Shown here in pieces: positions 18,008 to 27,735 of a DNA stretch of 64,000 nucleotides (its first letter is position 1; each line of letters begins with the position of its first letter). The stretch spans positions 206,866 to 270,865 of IMG/VR virus record IMGVR_UViG_3300034050_000451; one strand, given 5' to 3'. Both the position numbers and the translations under genes were made by a program. The notes under the pieces are model-generated. The model did not search any database, was not told the DNA's origin, and saw only the letters and a program-made list of their open reading frames with translations.

Positions 18008-20518
18008 TTATACAAAATTATTTTTTACCGAAGTTACATAAACATCAGTAGAATTGAATTTTGTAAGTGTTATAATATCAATACTACCAACCAAAGATGC
18101 GGTGTAGAATGAACCAAATGGTTGTCTTACGTTTGAACTAAATGATGCAGTAGATTGATTAGCAGTTGTAATTAATACCGTTGCAGTTTGACCGAATGAT
18201 ATATTACTAGCTGATATGTGTGTTATAGCATTTCCGTCTAAATTTATTTCAAATAAATTACCTATACTAAAATCTAAAGATGCCGTAAATCCATTTACTG
18301 ATATGGCTGTTATTTCATTAATAACAGGGTTATTAAATGTAGATGTACCAGCAAAGGTAGCTGCTCCTTGAAAGTCACTAATACCAGTTACAGTTAAATC
18401 GGTAGTTTGAACTTCACCATTTACAGTTTGATTACCATAGAATGTATTTGTAGAACCAGTCTTAGCAAATAAATTATATCCATCTACTTGTAATGATGAT
18501 GATACCAAATTATTTGGTTTTGATGTTATACTATTCCACGTAGGTGCCGATGCGTTATTTGTTATAGTAATTGCGTTCTCTAAACTTTGAGATATTAAAA
18601 TACCATCTCCAGGTGCGAATGTTGGTGTATTTTGAATAAAATCATAATCAATTTGTGCAGATGCGGTTAATACTACATTTGATAAATTAACAATTCTACT
18701 TGCTAATGATGATGATGTTAACCCAAATCCACCACTTGAACCCGTCCAATTATTTAATCCTGCTAAACTTCCGTTACTCACAAATCCTAAATTGGATATT
18801 TGTGTTGATGATGATACTATACCATTAGTTAATAATGAACTACTAATCGATGATACTAATGATGAAAATTGAGTTAATGTAGGTGATAGTACCTCAATAA
18901 TAACCCAAGGACTACTATATCCAGAGGAGCCAGATGTAATAAAAACATTATTAGAACCAGTATAGAATACTGGTTTGTTATATATTAGTTGGTAATCTAT
19001 TTGAGATGATGAACTAACCGAACCAGATGGTAATCCGAATGAACCAGATACTAATGTTAATCCATTTAGTACATTTTGAACTCTAGCATCAGTATAATAT
19101 TTATAATTTACATTTTCAGCAACATAGGATGTATCAAATCCACCAGTGTTAGAATTTGTTAATGTAATTTGTGCGGATGATGATATAAACCCATTACCAA
19201 TCAAAGATGATGTTGTTGCAAATCCTAAATTAGTTATTTGAGTTGAACCACTAATAACTCCGCTTGGTAATCTATTAACTATGTATGTTGAATTAACATC
19301 TGTTGATGTAAGGAATCCAAATCCATTTAATTGTGCGGATGATGATACCAATCCATTTGGAAATTGAACAAAATCATTAAATGCTGAACCAACCCCAGTA
19401 AATGTTAATCTATTATTACCAAATGTAACATTTGAAATATAATCAGAACCACCACCAGCTCCAAACCTAGAATCTAACGATGCTGAAAATTGTGAAAATG
19501 TTATTGTTCTGGTTTTATCTACATATACCGATGATAATAATAAATTAGAATCAATAGGGTCAGTAGCTATTATAGATTGTGATATTATATGGAAATTTGG
19601 CCCAGTTGCTAATGAACTTGTAGTTACAAATCCTAAACCAACTATTTGTTGAGAACCAGAAACAGTCCCCTGAGGAATTGTTGTACCACCAGATGCGCTT
19701 ATAAACCCAAAATCACTTATTTGTTGTGATGATGATATTAGACCAAATGAACTACTTAAAAAACCTAAATTAGTTATTTGTTGTGATGATGATACAATAG
19801 ATGCTGCTTTTAATGATGAAGTATATGCTTCAATACTATTAACCTCACCTCTAATAGAACCAGTAAATGAATTAATAGAACCAGTAGTTAAATTAATAGA
19901 ACCAGTAGTTGAATTAATTGAATTAATAGATGAATTTGCTGATGATGTGAATGAATTTAATGCAGATATATTCGTAGCTGTACCTGATATAGTAACAGTT
20001 ATATCACCATTAGTGTTATCAGCAATTGTTGCGCCTGGAAATGTAATAGTATCAACACTACTAATAGGTATTCCTGAACCATTACCAACAGTTAATGAAG
20101 ATGGTACAGTTACAGTCACATCACCACTACCAGCATTGAAAACAGTTGCATTATTAAATGTAATTTTATCAACAGCAGTTACGTTTGTACTTCCATCAGA
20201 AACAATCAATGAAGTAGATGAACCAGATAATACATTAAGTACGTTTAATCTATCAGTTACCCTAGCATCGGTATAATATTTATAAGATGCGTTCTCAGAG
20301 ATATTAGCAGTTGTTAATCCACTAATGGTGGAGTTAACCGCTGATATTTGCGATGCTAATTCAGCATCCGTTGCTAAATCCGAACTAACGTATGCTTTTA
20401 TAGATGATGCCTGTGCATATAACGTTGTCCCACCATCCACAACTGGTATCTTAGTTGTACCAACTATGGAACCTGATACTAACTGACTTAAATCTGATAT
20501 TTTTATACTTGCTGCCAT
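18008..20518 (-). CDS. Ser/Thr-rich repeat virion protein (tail-fibre-like)
   Basis: IKISDL N-terminus, about 10 SS(S/G)xQI repeats, two YKYYTDARV repeats. Confidence 0.6.
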   Translation of the reverse strand: MAASIKISDLSQLVSGSIVGTTKIPVVDGGTTLYAQASSIKAYVSSDLATDAELASQISAVNSTISGLTTANISENASYKYYTDARVTDRLNVLNVLSGSSTSLIVSDGSTNVTAVDKITFNNATVFNAGSGDVTVTVPSSLTVGNGSGIPISSVDTITFPGATIADNTNGDITVTISGTATNISALNSFTSSANSSINSINSTTGSINLTTGSINSFTGSIRGEVNSIEAYTSSLKAASIVSSSQQITNLGFLSSSFGLISSSQQISDFGFISASGGTTIPQGTVSGSQQIVGLGFVTTSSLATGPNFHIISQSIIATDPIDSNLLLSSVYVDKTRTITFSQFSASLDSRFGAGGGSDYISNVTFGNNRLTFTGVGSAFNDFVQFPNGLVSSSAQLNGFGFLTSTDVNSTYIVNRLPSGVISGSTQITNLGFATTSSLIGNGFISSSAQITLTNSNTGGFDTSYVAENVNYKYYTDARVQNVLNGLTLVSGSFGLPSGSVSSSSQIDYQLIYNKPVFYTGSNNVFITSGSSGYSSPWVIIEVLSPTLTQFSSLVSSISSSLLTNGIVSSSTQISNLGFVSNGSLAGLNNWTGSSGGFGLTSSSLASRIVNLSNVVLTASAQIDYDFIQNTPTFAPGDGILISQSLENAITITNNASAPTWNSITSKPNNLVSSSLQVDGYNLFAKTGSTNTFYGNQTVNGEVQTTDLTVTGISDFQGAATFAGTSTFNNPVINEITAISVNGFTASLDFSIGNLFEINLDGNAITHISASNISFGQTATVLITTANQSTASFSSNVRQPFGSFYTASLVGSIDIITLTKFNSTDVYVTSVKNNFV

Positions 20519-20521
20519 ATC

Positions 20522-20531
20522 TATAAATATT
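20522..20531 (-). promoter_or_regulatory. Class II motif ATATTTAT (putative late promoter), 4 nt before ATG
   Basis: Same motif recurs near 3151, 4391, 16164, 17473, 24960, 26485, 26831, 41803, 62955. Confidence 0.55.
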
Positions 20532-20545
20532 CTCTTTTTGAGATA

Positions 20546-20812
20546 TTACTTTTTATTTTTAACTTTCTTTTCCGGAACCTTTATTGTTGTATCTCCATTG
20601 GATATTTTATCCAATATAGTTAATAATTCTTGCCTACGAATAGCATCTTTCATTTGCTTTCTCCTTTTAGTAGTTGGTTTAGTAAATTCCTTCCTATCTC
20701 TCAACTCCAAAAGATGACCTGATTCAAATGTTTTGTTTTTGAATATCTTAAGAGCTTTATTTATATCACCATTTTTAACATAAACTGTAACCAAAGATTT
20801 TTCTTTACTCAT
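20546..20812 (-). CDS. rpsU: Phage-encoded ribosomal protein bS21
   Basis: V.VKNGDINKALKIFK...LELRDRKEFTKPTTKRR. Confidence 0.85.
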   Translation of the reverse strand: MSKEKSLVTVYVKNGDINKALKIFKNKTFESGHLLELRDRKEFTKPTTKRRKQMKDAIRRQELLTILDKISNGDTTIKVPEKKVKNKK

Positions 20813-20816
20813 TATA

Positions 20817-21671
20817 TCAATTAATATAATTAGTTAATTCAAAGTTTCCACTAGCCATACCATATACTGAAATATGTAGTGCCTTTCTTTGGGGTTTACC
20901 ATTTCTCAATAATCCAACAGTAAATGAATTAGTCTTACCAATAGATGGTCTTGAACGAGAATACTTACCTCCCATTGCTATTTGTGTTTGCCAATCATTC
21001 TCATCAATTTCATACCCTTTTTTCATAGCGTATGCTTTAGCAGCTGATGCCGCATCGGTAAATGATTTGAAATAAGTTTCGTTTGATTCTGACATCAAAT
21101 CAGTTAATTTTATCATCGTATTTTCGGTTTTTCTATTTTGTGTTATTTTAGCAGATACAAACATTACAACTGCAATTATAAAAAATATAAAAAATGCGTA
21201 CATTCCCAACTTAGCCCATAAAGAACCTTCAGCTGCTTGTGCACCATATACATCTTCCATTATTTTCATTACCTCAGGTTCTGCTAATCTTTGGATTTCA
21301 GAATAATACCATTGTGAAAATGATGCTGTTGCGTATTGAGTCCAACTACCAGCAGTTAATACAGCTGATATAATTGCTCCCAATGCTGATTTACTTCCTA
21401 CATTAACTGAAAATTTATTAATTGTACTTCGTAAATCCTCATTCATTCCAGTTTGCTTTGAAAAAACCGATTGAGCTTTATTCATTGCTGCCTTTGTATC
21501 CGGTTTATCTTTACTAATTTTATCTAAGTTAAGATGCTTTACCGCATTTCCAGCTTTCTTATCAGCTATCCTTATTGCTAAATTCCTAATCTTAGAAATA
21601 GCATCACCCAACCCCTCATTTAAGTTGGGTTGGGTGTTTTTATTTTCAGTTAACTGATTTAATTTTATCAT
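20817..21671 (-). CDS. Two-module leader-bearing protein (membrane module + soluble module with a second internal MIKL leader)
   Basis: MIKLNQLTE at start; MIKLTDLMSE internally (ATG 21116). Confidence 0.6.
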   Translation of the reverse strand: MIKLNQLTENKNTQPNLNEGLGDAISKIRNLAIRIADKKAGNAVKHLNLDKISKDKPDTKAAMNKAQSVFSKQTGMNEDLRSTINKFSVNVGSKSALGAIISAVLTAGSWTQYATASFSQWYYSEIQRLAEPEVMKIMEDVYGAQAAEGSLWAKLGMYAFFIFFIIAVVMFVSAKITQNRKTENTMIKLTDLMSESNETYFKSFTDAASAAKAYAMKKGYEIDENDWQTQIAMGGKYSRSRPSIGKTNSFTVGLLRNGKPQRKALHISVYGMASGNFELTNYIN

Positions 21672-22648
21672 TTCATTAAGTTCTTAAGTGAAGTTCTATT
21701 AACTTTACCTTCTTTAATTACTGATTGTATCTTATCTGCTAATTTATGAAATCCGTTCATTCTTAATTCAAATGCAATTCCATCAATTGCGGTATCTCCA
21801 CTCCATCCGGCTGCTTGTGATGCGGCTACCCCCAAATCTTGTGCATCATCATCAGGTGAACTATATACTGAATCATATTTAGCTCTGATTACATCCATCT
21901 TTTCTCTGAACTTAGGGTCTGATGGGTTGGGGTAATCTGGCTTCTCTGCTAATTCAGGTTTCCCTTCTAATGCTGCTACTAACTCTCTTGCTTCACTATG
22001 GAAGTTTGAATCAGTAAGTGCCGCAACTGCTGCTTGAGCCATTTTCTTTTGATACTCAGTTTTATCCATCTTATCAGATGAAATTCCCATCTTTTGAGCT
22101 ATCTTTCTAACTTCTTTATTTACCGTTGGGTCACCTTTTCTTGGTGCTTTTGGTTCAGCTGCTTTTGGTTCATCACTATCAGGTGCAAATGGATTCCATA
22201 AACCTCTACTATCTACCTCTTTTTGAGTAGATGGTGCAACTTTAGCATCTTTTTGATGTGGATACTTTGTTGGGTTATATGGTTCTAATTCAGATGTATT
22301 TACATTACCATCTGCATCGGTTTTTGTTTCACCTCTTTCATCTGCCATTCTTACAATACCAACTGATTTAGTTCTCGTATTATAAACAACTTTATCAACA
22401 GCTAAACTAGCAGGAGTTGCTTTGGGTGTATCCGATTTTGGTTCATCTTTAGATGGTGTATTAAAGATATTCACACCAGACTTAGCATCACCACCCTTTG
22501 ATGTTTTTGCAGTTGGGTCCTCATGTGAACCAGCCTTAATAGCTTTATCATAAGAATCTTTTGATTTGAAGTGTACTAACTTTCCACTTTCCTTACTCTT
22601 AGCAGTGAAATCACTAGCCTCATTTATCAATTGTTTTAATTGTATCAT
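21668..22648 (-). CDS. Putative virion internal protein with MIQL leader
   Basis: MIQLKQLINE; paralog module of 326..1183. Confidence 0.55.
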   Translation of the reverse strand: MIQLKQLINEASDFTAKSKESGKLVHFKSKDSYDKAIKAGSHEDPTAKTSKGGDAKSGVNIFNTPSKDEPKSDTPKATPASLAVDKVVYNTRTKSVGIVRMADERGETKTDADGNVNTSELEPYNPTKYPHQKDAKVAPSTQKEVDSRGLWNPFAPDSDEPKAAEPKAPRKGDPTVNKEVRKIAQKMGISSDKMDKTEYQKKMAQAAVAALTDSNFHSEARELVAALEGKPELAEKPDYPNPSDPKFREKMDVIRAKYDSVYSSPDDDAQDLGVAASQAAGWSGDTAIDGIAFELRMNGFHKLADKIQSVIKEGKVNRTSLKNLMK

Positions 22649-22663
22649 AATTATATTTTGTTA

Positions 22664-22939
22664 TTAAAATCCTATACTAACTCGTTTACCCAAATCTTCT
22701 TCAACCCAACGAACTTTTGCTGCTATTAATTTTTTCATAGTATCTACATCAAATCGATATGCACCATGATAATTTTGTAATTTTATAGCAACTACAAAAC
22801 CATGTATACCATCCCAAATCATTTCGGCCTTTCCACCGATTATTGATTCGAATGCTTTAATTTGCTTTTGTTGAATTGGAGTTAATTCACTTAATTCAAC
22901 AACAGATGCTTCGTTTATTAATTTACTTAATCGTATCAT
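22664..22939 (-). CDS. Putative virion internal protein (start MIRLSKLINE)
   Basis: Leader motif identifies ATG at 22939 rather than 22999. Confidence 0.55.
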   Translation of the reverse strand: MIRLSKLINEASVVELSELTPIQQKQIKAFESIIGGKAEMIWDGIHGFVVAIKLQNYHGAYRFDVDTMKKLIAAKVRWVEEDLGKRVSIGF

Positions 22940-22940
22940 A

Positions 22941-23465
22941 TTATTTTGAAAATTTTGTATATTTGAAATTACTATCGGTAAATCTTCTATCCACCCCATG
23001 TTTCTTATAAAACATATTTAATGTACTCACCAAATCTCTTACAAATGATGTATATCTTTCTTTAGATTCTGGTGTTACTACATTAACTATATCTCTTGGA
23101 ATTAAATCAGTTGCCACATTTTGTATTGACATTTGAACTAACTCATCTATACTTTCAGTAACTCCACTTAGTTTTAAAAATTCAGTTGGATTATATTTTA
23201 CATTTTCATAATCAAACTTTTTCATCATTTTAGCAGCTATCTCTTTTCTATTTTCGGTATCACTTACCATAGAAACAATTTCAGCTACACCAACTACCAT
23301 TTCTCTATCATTATCAGGTTGAGTTACTACTTCTTCCTCTTCTCTGATTTGTTGTGGAGTTTTGAATGGTGGAATATCTTTAAATGTATAAACTTTTCCA
23401 AGCTCAACTTTCATACCCTTCCATTCTATTTCCGATAATATGGTTTTTAATTTAGATGAGCTCAT
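22941..23465 (-). CDS. Putative virion internal protein
   Basis: SKLKTILSE leader-like start; internal IREE, VTE sites. Confidence 0.5.
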   Translation of the reverse strand: MSSSKLKTILSEIEWKGMKVELGKVYTFKDIPPFKTPQQIREEEEVVTQPDNDREMVVGVAEIVSMVSDTENRKEIAAKMMKKFDYENVKYNPTEFLKLSGVTESIDELVQMSIQNVATDLIPRDIVNVVTPESKERYTSFVRDLVSTLNMFYKKHGVDRRFTDSNFKYTKFSK

Positions 23466-24652
23466 TACTTTAATAATTTAAATGCCATTGATTGCATACC
23501 CATTAATCCAGTACTTACGAATTTATCTTTGTTTGATTGTTGCTTAAGTGCATCATATACTTTAGTTATTGCTGATGCTGAGTACAAATCAACTCTTACT
23601 TTTTTACCACTCTTTGGGTCTACTAAAACTTTATTTGAACTAGTCTTAACTATATCCTTTAATTGGGTTATAATAGTTGGTTCGGTGTTTTCTGTTAACT
23701 TAGAACCACCACACCCACAACCACAACCACATCCGGCTCCTTCATTTACAGAACTACCACCAATCAATTCATTATATGAACTCATATCGATTGTACCCTT
23801 TTCCTTTGTAAGCTTAATAGCTCTTTCAGCAAAATCATGCAAATCCATATCAGTTTTAGCATCTTCTCTTGCAAATTCCAATGTTCTAATAAACAATGGT
23901 ATATCCATAGTGATTGTATCAATTACATCACCTACTTCAGTTAACCCTTGCTCTTTGTTTTTCATATCAGCGAATGCTTGAGCTTCAGGTTGTGTTTCAA
24001 ATCCCTTTACTCTAATATCACCTTCCCATACAGCCCATTTTTCAATTGGGTCTTTACAAGGTTTTACAACGTATTTATCGGATGGGTCTCCGCTATGGTC
24101 TTCGTTATTTATTTTCTTACCAGCTTTAACTGCATCTTTATGTGCATCAGAATTACCATGTGCAGGTTTCTCACCTCTCGCTCTTTTAGCTCGGATGTTT
24201 GCCCAAAGACCAGGTTTTTCTTCGTTTATTGATTCAAATTTCAATCCAAATCCAGTAGCCTCATCTCTTAACTCATCCCAATCACGACCACCATTACTTC
24301 TAATATAATCAACTGCACCTTTAAAATTAGAAAATCCTAATTTCTTTAGTATTTTGTTATTACGATACAACGCTCTTAAAAAATCTCTAACACCAGCTGA
24401 TGATAAAGAAATTTCATTAATCATTTCTTCAACAGTTTGAGGAAGTGCATCTGCCACTCTTTCCAATTCATCAGATTCAGTACCTTCACTAACTGATTTA
24501 TAGGTATCTTCCAACCATTTCATCGCATCTCTATTTTTAGGGAAGTCTTTGAATTCTTTGTAAAATTCCTTAACGAATTCTTTAAATGATGATGCCTCTT
24601 TAGCCATCAAATCTACATCACTCATCGAACCCTCTTTTATTGATTTTTTCAT
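23465..24652 (-). CDS. Multi-module putative internal head polyprotein with CGCGCGCG motif
   Basis: Short modules separated by IKE, VSE, INE, INE, LTE, VNE, LTE. Confidence 0.5.
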   Translation of the reverse strand: MKKSIKEGSMSDVDLMAKEASSFKEFVKEFYKEFKDFPKNRDAMKWLEDTYKSVSEGTESDELERVADALPQTVEEMINEISLSSAGVRDFLRALYRNNKILKKLGFSNFKGAVDYIRSNGGRDWDELRDEATGFGLKFESINEEKPGLWANIRAKRARGEKPAHGNSDAHKDAVKAGKKINNEDHSGDPSDKYVVKPCKDPIEKWAVWEGDIRVKGFETQPEAQAFADMKNKEQGLTEVGDVIDTITMDIPLFIRTLEFAREDAKTDMDLHDFAERAIKLTKEKGTIDMSSYNELIGGSSVNEGAGCGCGCGCGGSKLTENTEPTIITQLKDIVKTSSNKVLVDPKSGKKVRVDLYSASAITKVYDALKQQSNKDKFVSTGLMGMQSMAFKLLK

Positions 24653-24658
24653 AATCTT

Positions 24659-24940
24659 CTATAATTTCTTTAATAAGCTGTACATATCTATTTTAAACCC
24701 ATATCCAGCACCTTTATAATCAAAATCAATATCAATTGGTAATTTTAATTTTGATTCCAAATAACTTTGTAATGCCTTTGGAATAACTAATGCTTCATTT
24801 GAATCAGATATTATATTTTGTAAAACATCCAAATCTTTTGAAGTTTTTGCAATACAAGCAATCCCACCATCTTTAATGTTGGGATGTACACCAAATTCAG
24901 CTGAATATGTATTACCTTTTAGTTTAAAGTTTAATTTCAT
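24659..24940 (-). CDS. Hypothetical protein
   Basis: ORF track; class II motif at 24960. Confidence 0.6.
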   Translation of the reverse strand: MKLNFKLKGNTYSAEFGVHPNIKDGGIACIAKTSKDLDVLQNIISDSNEALVIPKALQSYLESKLKLPIDIDFDYKGAGYGFKIDMYSLLKKL

Positions 24941-24974
24941 AGTTGTACTTTGTTATTCTTATAAATATATCTTT

Positions 24975-25505
24975 TTAATGTTTTATATGTTGTACTCTCC
25001 ATCTAACATCCTTACCTCTTAACATTGCTTTGGTTGCCTCTACATTCTTTTCAGAATCATCCGCAAAGTAAACATCATCATAACCTTCGTTATCGATTTT
25101 ATCTTCTATCCAATCTGCTTTATCTTTCGGGTTGTTAGATGCTAATGCAACTACAAATATTTTATTAGAATTAATACCAATATCCTTTAGATATTGTTTA
25201 ATAGGTTGATATGCTGCTCTTGCAGTTAGGATGTAAACACCATCTCCACCACTACTACCCATTACTCTACGAAGTACATTCGTAATCTTTTTTATTTCTT
25301 GAGGATTCTGAACTTTTTGAAAATCAGAAAAATCAAATTCATCACCAGGTTTTTCATTATAAACAGCGTATTGACCTGGAGTTAATTTTGATTTTTTTCC
25401 ATTAGAATGCGTTATGTATATAAATGATGTTGTTTTTACTAATGTATCATCAAAATCAAATATTCTTAACTTCTTAGATTCCACTAATAAACTCCTTGCT
25501 ATCAT
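24975..25505 (-). CDS. HAD-superfamily phosphatase (likely start MIARSLLVE)
   Basis: FDFDDTL, ILTAR, K, FADDSEKN; promoter at 25531 supports the shorter start. Confidence 0.8.
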   Translation of the reverse strand: MIARSLLVESKKLRIFDFDDTLVKTTSFIYITHSNGKKSKLTPGQYAVYNEKPGDEFDFSDFQKVQNPQEIKKITNVLRRVMGSSGGDGVYILTARAAYQPIKQYLKDIGINSNKIFVVALASNNPKDKADWIEDKIDNEGYDDVYFADDSEKNVEATKAMLRGKDVRWRVQHIKH

Positions 25506-25566
25506 ATTTTCTTGTTTGATTGTTAACATACAAATATACAATTTTTTTCTGATATATCCTAATAAA

Positions 25567-25884
25567 TTAGGAGCTTTGTTTCAGAAATTGAGTATTTAAT
25601 TCTAACAATTTTTTATTTTCCATTTCAAGATATTGAACTTTAATAGTTAATTCTGCCAAATCTCTAGTAAGATTTAGTATCTTATCCCTAAGTTCATCTT
25701 TTTCTTGACTACTTCTTTCTAACAATTGTTCCAATCTATCAATTCTCTTAGAGCAATCATGTTTAATAAATTCATCTTCCTTTTCCTGTCTTTCGGCTTT
25801 TTTCTCATAAAACCTCCAAGCTCCAGCTGAACCTAATACTGTTATTAGTGTTATTATTACTGCGTAAATTGATTCTGATTGCAT
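25567..25884 (-). CDS. TM-anchored coiled-coil protein (possible lysis component)
   Basis: N-terminal TM then heptad repeats. Confidence 0.5.
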   Translation of the reverse strand: MQSESIYAVIITLITVLGSAGAWRFYEKKAERQEKEDEFIKHDCSKRIDRLEQLLERSSQEKDELRDKILNLTRDLAELTIKVQYLEMENKKLLELNTQFLKQSS

Positions 25885-25896
25885 TGTTAGTTATTT

Positions 25897-26457
25897 TTAA
25901 TTATTTTTTTCTAATTCTGACCTTAAGTAGTGTTTAGCCGCAATCATATCTTCTTTAGCATTAACTATCTTAGCTTGCCACCAATGTGGAAAATCAACTT
26001 CTTCACCAGTACTATCAAACTGAGCCAACATCTCACCTAATTCTTCAGCATATCTTTCGATAATACTTAAATCAGCTCTTAACATACCCGGTTCATCATC
26101 CTGATGACCTAAATCCGTATCTTCGGAAACTACCAATTCATCATCTTTACCTAAATCCTTTATGTATCTTTCCTCCATATCATACAAATCGATAAGATTT
26201 TTGTGTAGTGCATTTATTTTTTTGGTGATGTCTAAAATTGGTTTAACCAATGTATTTCTTTTATTTACATCCGTTTCACTATTAACTTTAGCAGCATATG
26301 CTCCACCAAATTTTTGTTTTCTTTCTGCAGTTAATTTTTCTATTTGTTTCTTAACTGCTTCAATTTTTAGAAATAATTTAGGAATACCCTCACTCATTAA
26401 TTTTGATGCGGTTCTTTTCCCATAATTCTCTACAATGTATTTTTCAACTGATTTCAT
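25897..26457 (-). CDS. Putative virion internal protein
   Basis: YIVE / LMSE / VVSE sites; DLGHQDDEPGM...PHWWQAKI module. Confidence 0.5.
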   Translation of the reverse strand: MKSVEKYIVENYGKRTASKLMSEGIPKLFLKIEAVKKQIEKLTAERKQKFGGAYAAKVNSETDVNKRNTLVKPILDITKKINALHKNLIDLYDMEERYIKDLGKDDELVVSEDTDLGHQDDEPGMLRADLSIIERYAEELGEMLAQFDSTGEEVDFPHWWQAKIVNAKEDMIAAKHYLRSELEKNN

Positions 26458-26515
26458 ACTTTAATCCTTTTTATATCATTTACAATAAATATAAAGATAT
26501 TTTTATTTAACAATA

Positions 26516-26539
26516 AAAGCCCCCCAATTGGGAGGCTTT
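26516..26539 (-). terminator. Rho-independent terminator
   Basis: AAAGCCTCCCAATTGGGGGGCTTTT on minus strand after 26546..26779. Confidence 0.75.
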
Positions 26540-26545
26540 ATGTTA

Positions 26546-26779
26546 TTACTCTTCTCTCTTTCCAGCAAACTTTTGTAATCCATCGATTCCAAATGAACCC
26601 AACGTAATTATTACGAATGAATTATAAATGAATTCTTGAACCATTAAGTCTTTTCCTAAAAATCCAGTTACGATATCAGCTAATGCGAATATTACCATTA
26701 CTGCGAATGATGCAAATCCTACTACATTTTTTTCGTTAATTTCGTTACTGTCTTTAAACATGTCTTTGATAAATCCCAT
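26546..26779 (-). CDS. Small two-TM membrane protein (holin-like)
   Basis: Two hydrophobic helices, charged C-terminus. Confidence 0.5.
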   Translation of the reverse strand: MGFIKDMFKDSNEINEKNVVGFASFAVMVIFALADIVTGFLGKDLMVQEFIYNSFVIITLGSFGIDGLQKFAGKREE

Positions 26780-26850
26780 AATTTTGTTTCTTAATTAGAT
26801 TTAATGTAACCAATTCTGAAACGTATTTGGTATAAATATCAAATTAATGA

Positions 26851-27735
26851 TTAAGTGATACTTTTTTGTTTTAATCTTTCTACAAATGCCACCAATTCAT
26901 CTCTACCAATTGCTTCTGCGTTTTTGTAAAATTCAGATTTTTTGTCAATAGTTTTAATTTTACCATCAAATGATGGAACTCTATTTATATAATCTTCTGT
27001 AATGTATAATCCATCTAAAACGTATTGATTCACTACATAACCAGCTTCTAATGCTATTCTACCAGCTGTCATACCATAAGTATCTTCGGGTCCATAACCA
27101 CCAAATGATTCAGGTATTCCAACAAACTGCCAAAATGATTTAGAATATAGAGTATGCATACCACATCCAAATTTAATATATGGTAACTTCTTAAGTTGCA
27201 TATTAGTTGGAGTTTGTGTAAATGCACCTAACATAGTTTCTTCACTAAATGCTTCGGCATTTTTCATTGAATCACTTACTAAACCATCCCAACTCATATC
27301 CCACCACTTTGGAATTGATGGTGAAAGTATATACATACCCTCCAATCTTTCTGCTGCTTGTAATTGGTATATTAACTGATGTTCATGCATCACAATATCC
27401 GTATCACAAAATATAAATTGGTCAAAGTAATCAATTTTAATAGATTCTCTCTTTTGTTGAGTTGTACCCCACATAGATTCATCTAATATAATTTGATTTA
27501 TATTTTTCAATTCTTTATATTGAAACTGAGCATTGAAGATATTCATAAAGTAATCTTGCTTTAACTCACTATTTTCCCAATCCGTAAGTTTTGGGTTTAA
27601 ATTCAAAGTTGCTTTTATAGTAACATCATATTCTCTACAATACGATAATGCTTTTCTATATTGTTCCATAAACCTTTGAAACATTTCTATTTCAGATGGC
27701 ATTATATGGATACATACTAATGTCTTTTTTTTCAT
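26851..27735 (-). CDS. GT-A glycosyltransferase
   Basis: FCDTD DxD, FGGYGPED. Confidence 0.7.
   Translation of the reverse strand: MKKKTLVCIHIMPSEIEMFQRFMEQYRKALSYCREYDVTIKATLNLNPKLTDWENSELKQDYFMNIFNAQFQYKELKNINQIILDESMWGTTQQKRESIKIDYFDQFIFCDTDIVMHEHQLIYQLQAAERLEGMYILSPSIPKWWDMSWDGLVSDSMKNAEAFSEETMLGAFTQTPTNMQLKKLPYIKFGCGMHTLYSKSFWQFVGIPESFGGYGPEDTYGMTAGRIALEAGYVVNQYVLDGLYITEDYINRVPSFDGKIKTIDKKSEFYKNAEAIGRDELVAFVERLKQKSIT

Noticed and set aside
20522-20531. T4 late promoter TATAAATA
   Set aside because: It reads TATAAATA only on the non-coding strand; treated as a distinct class II motif
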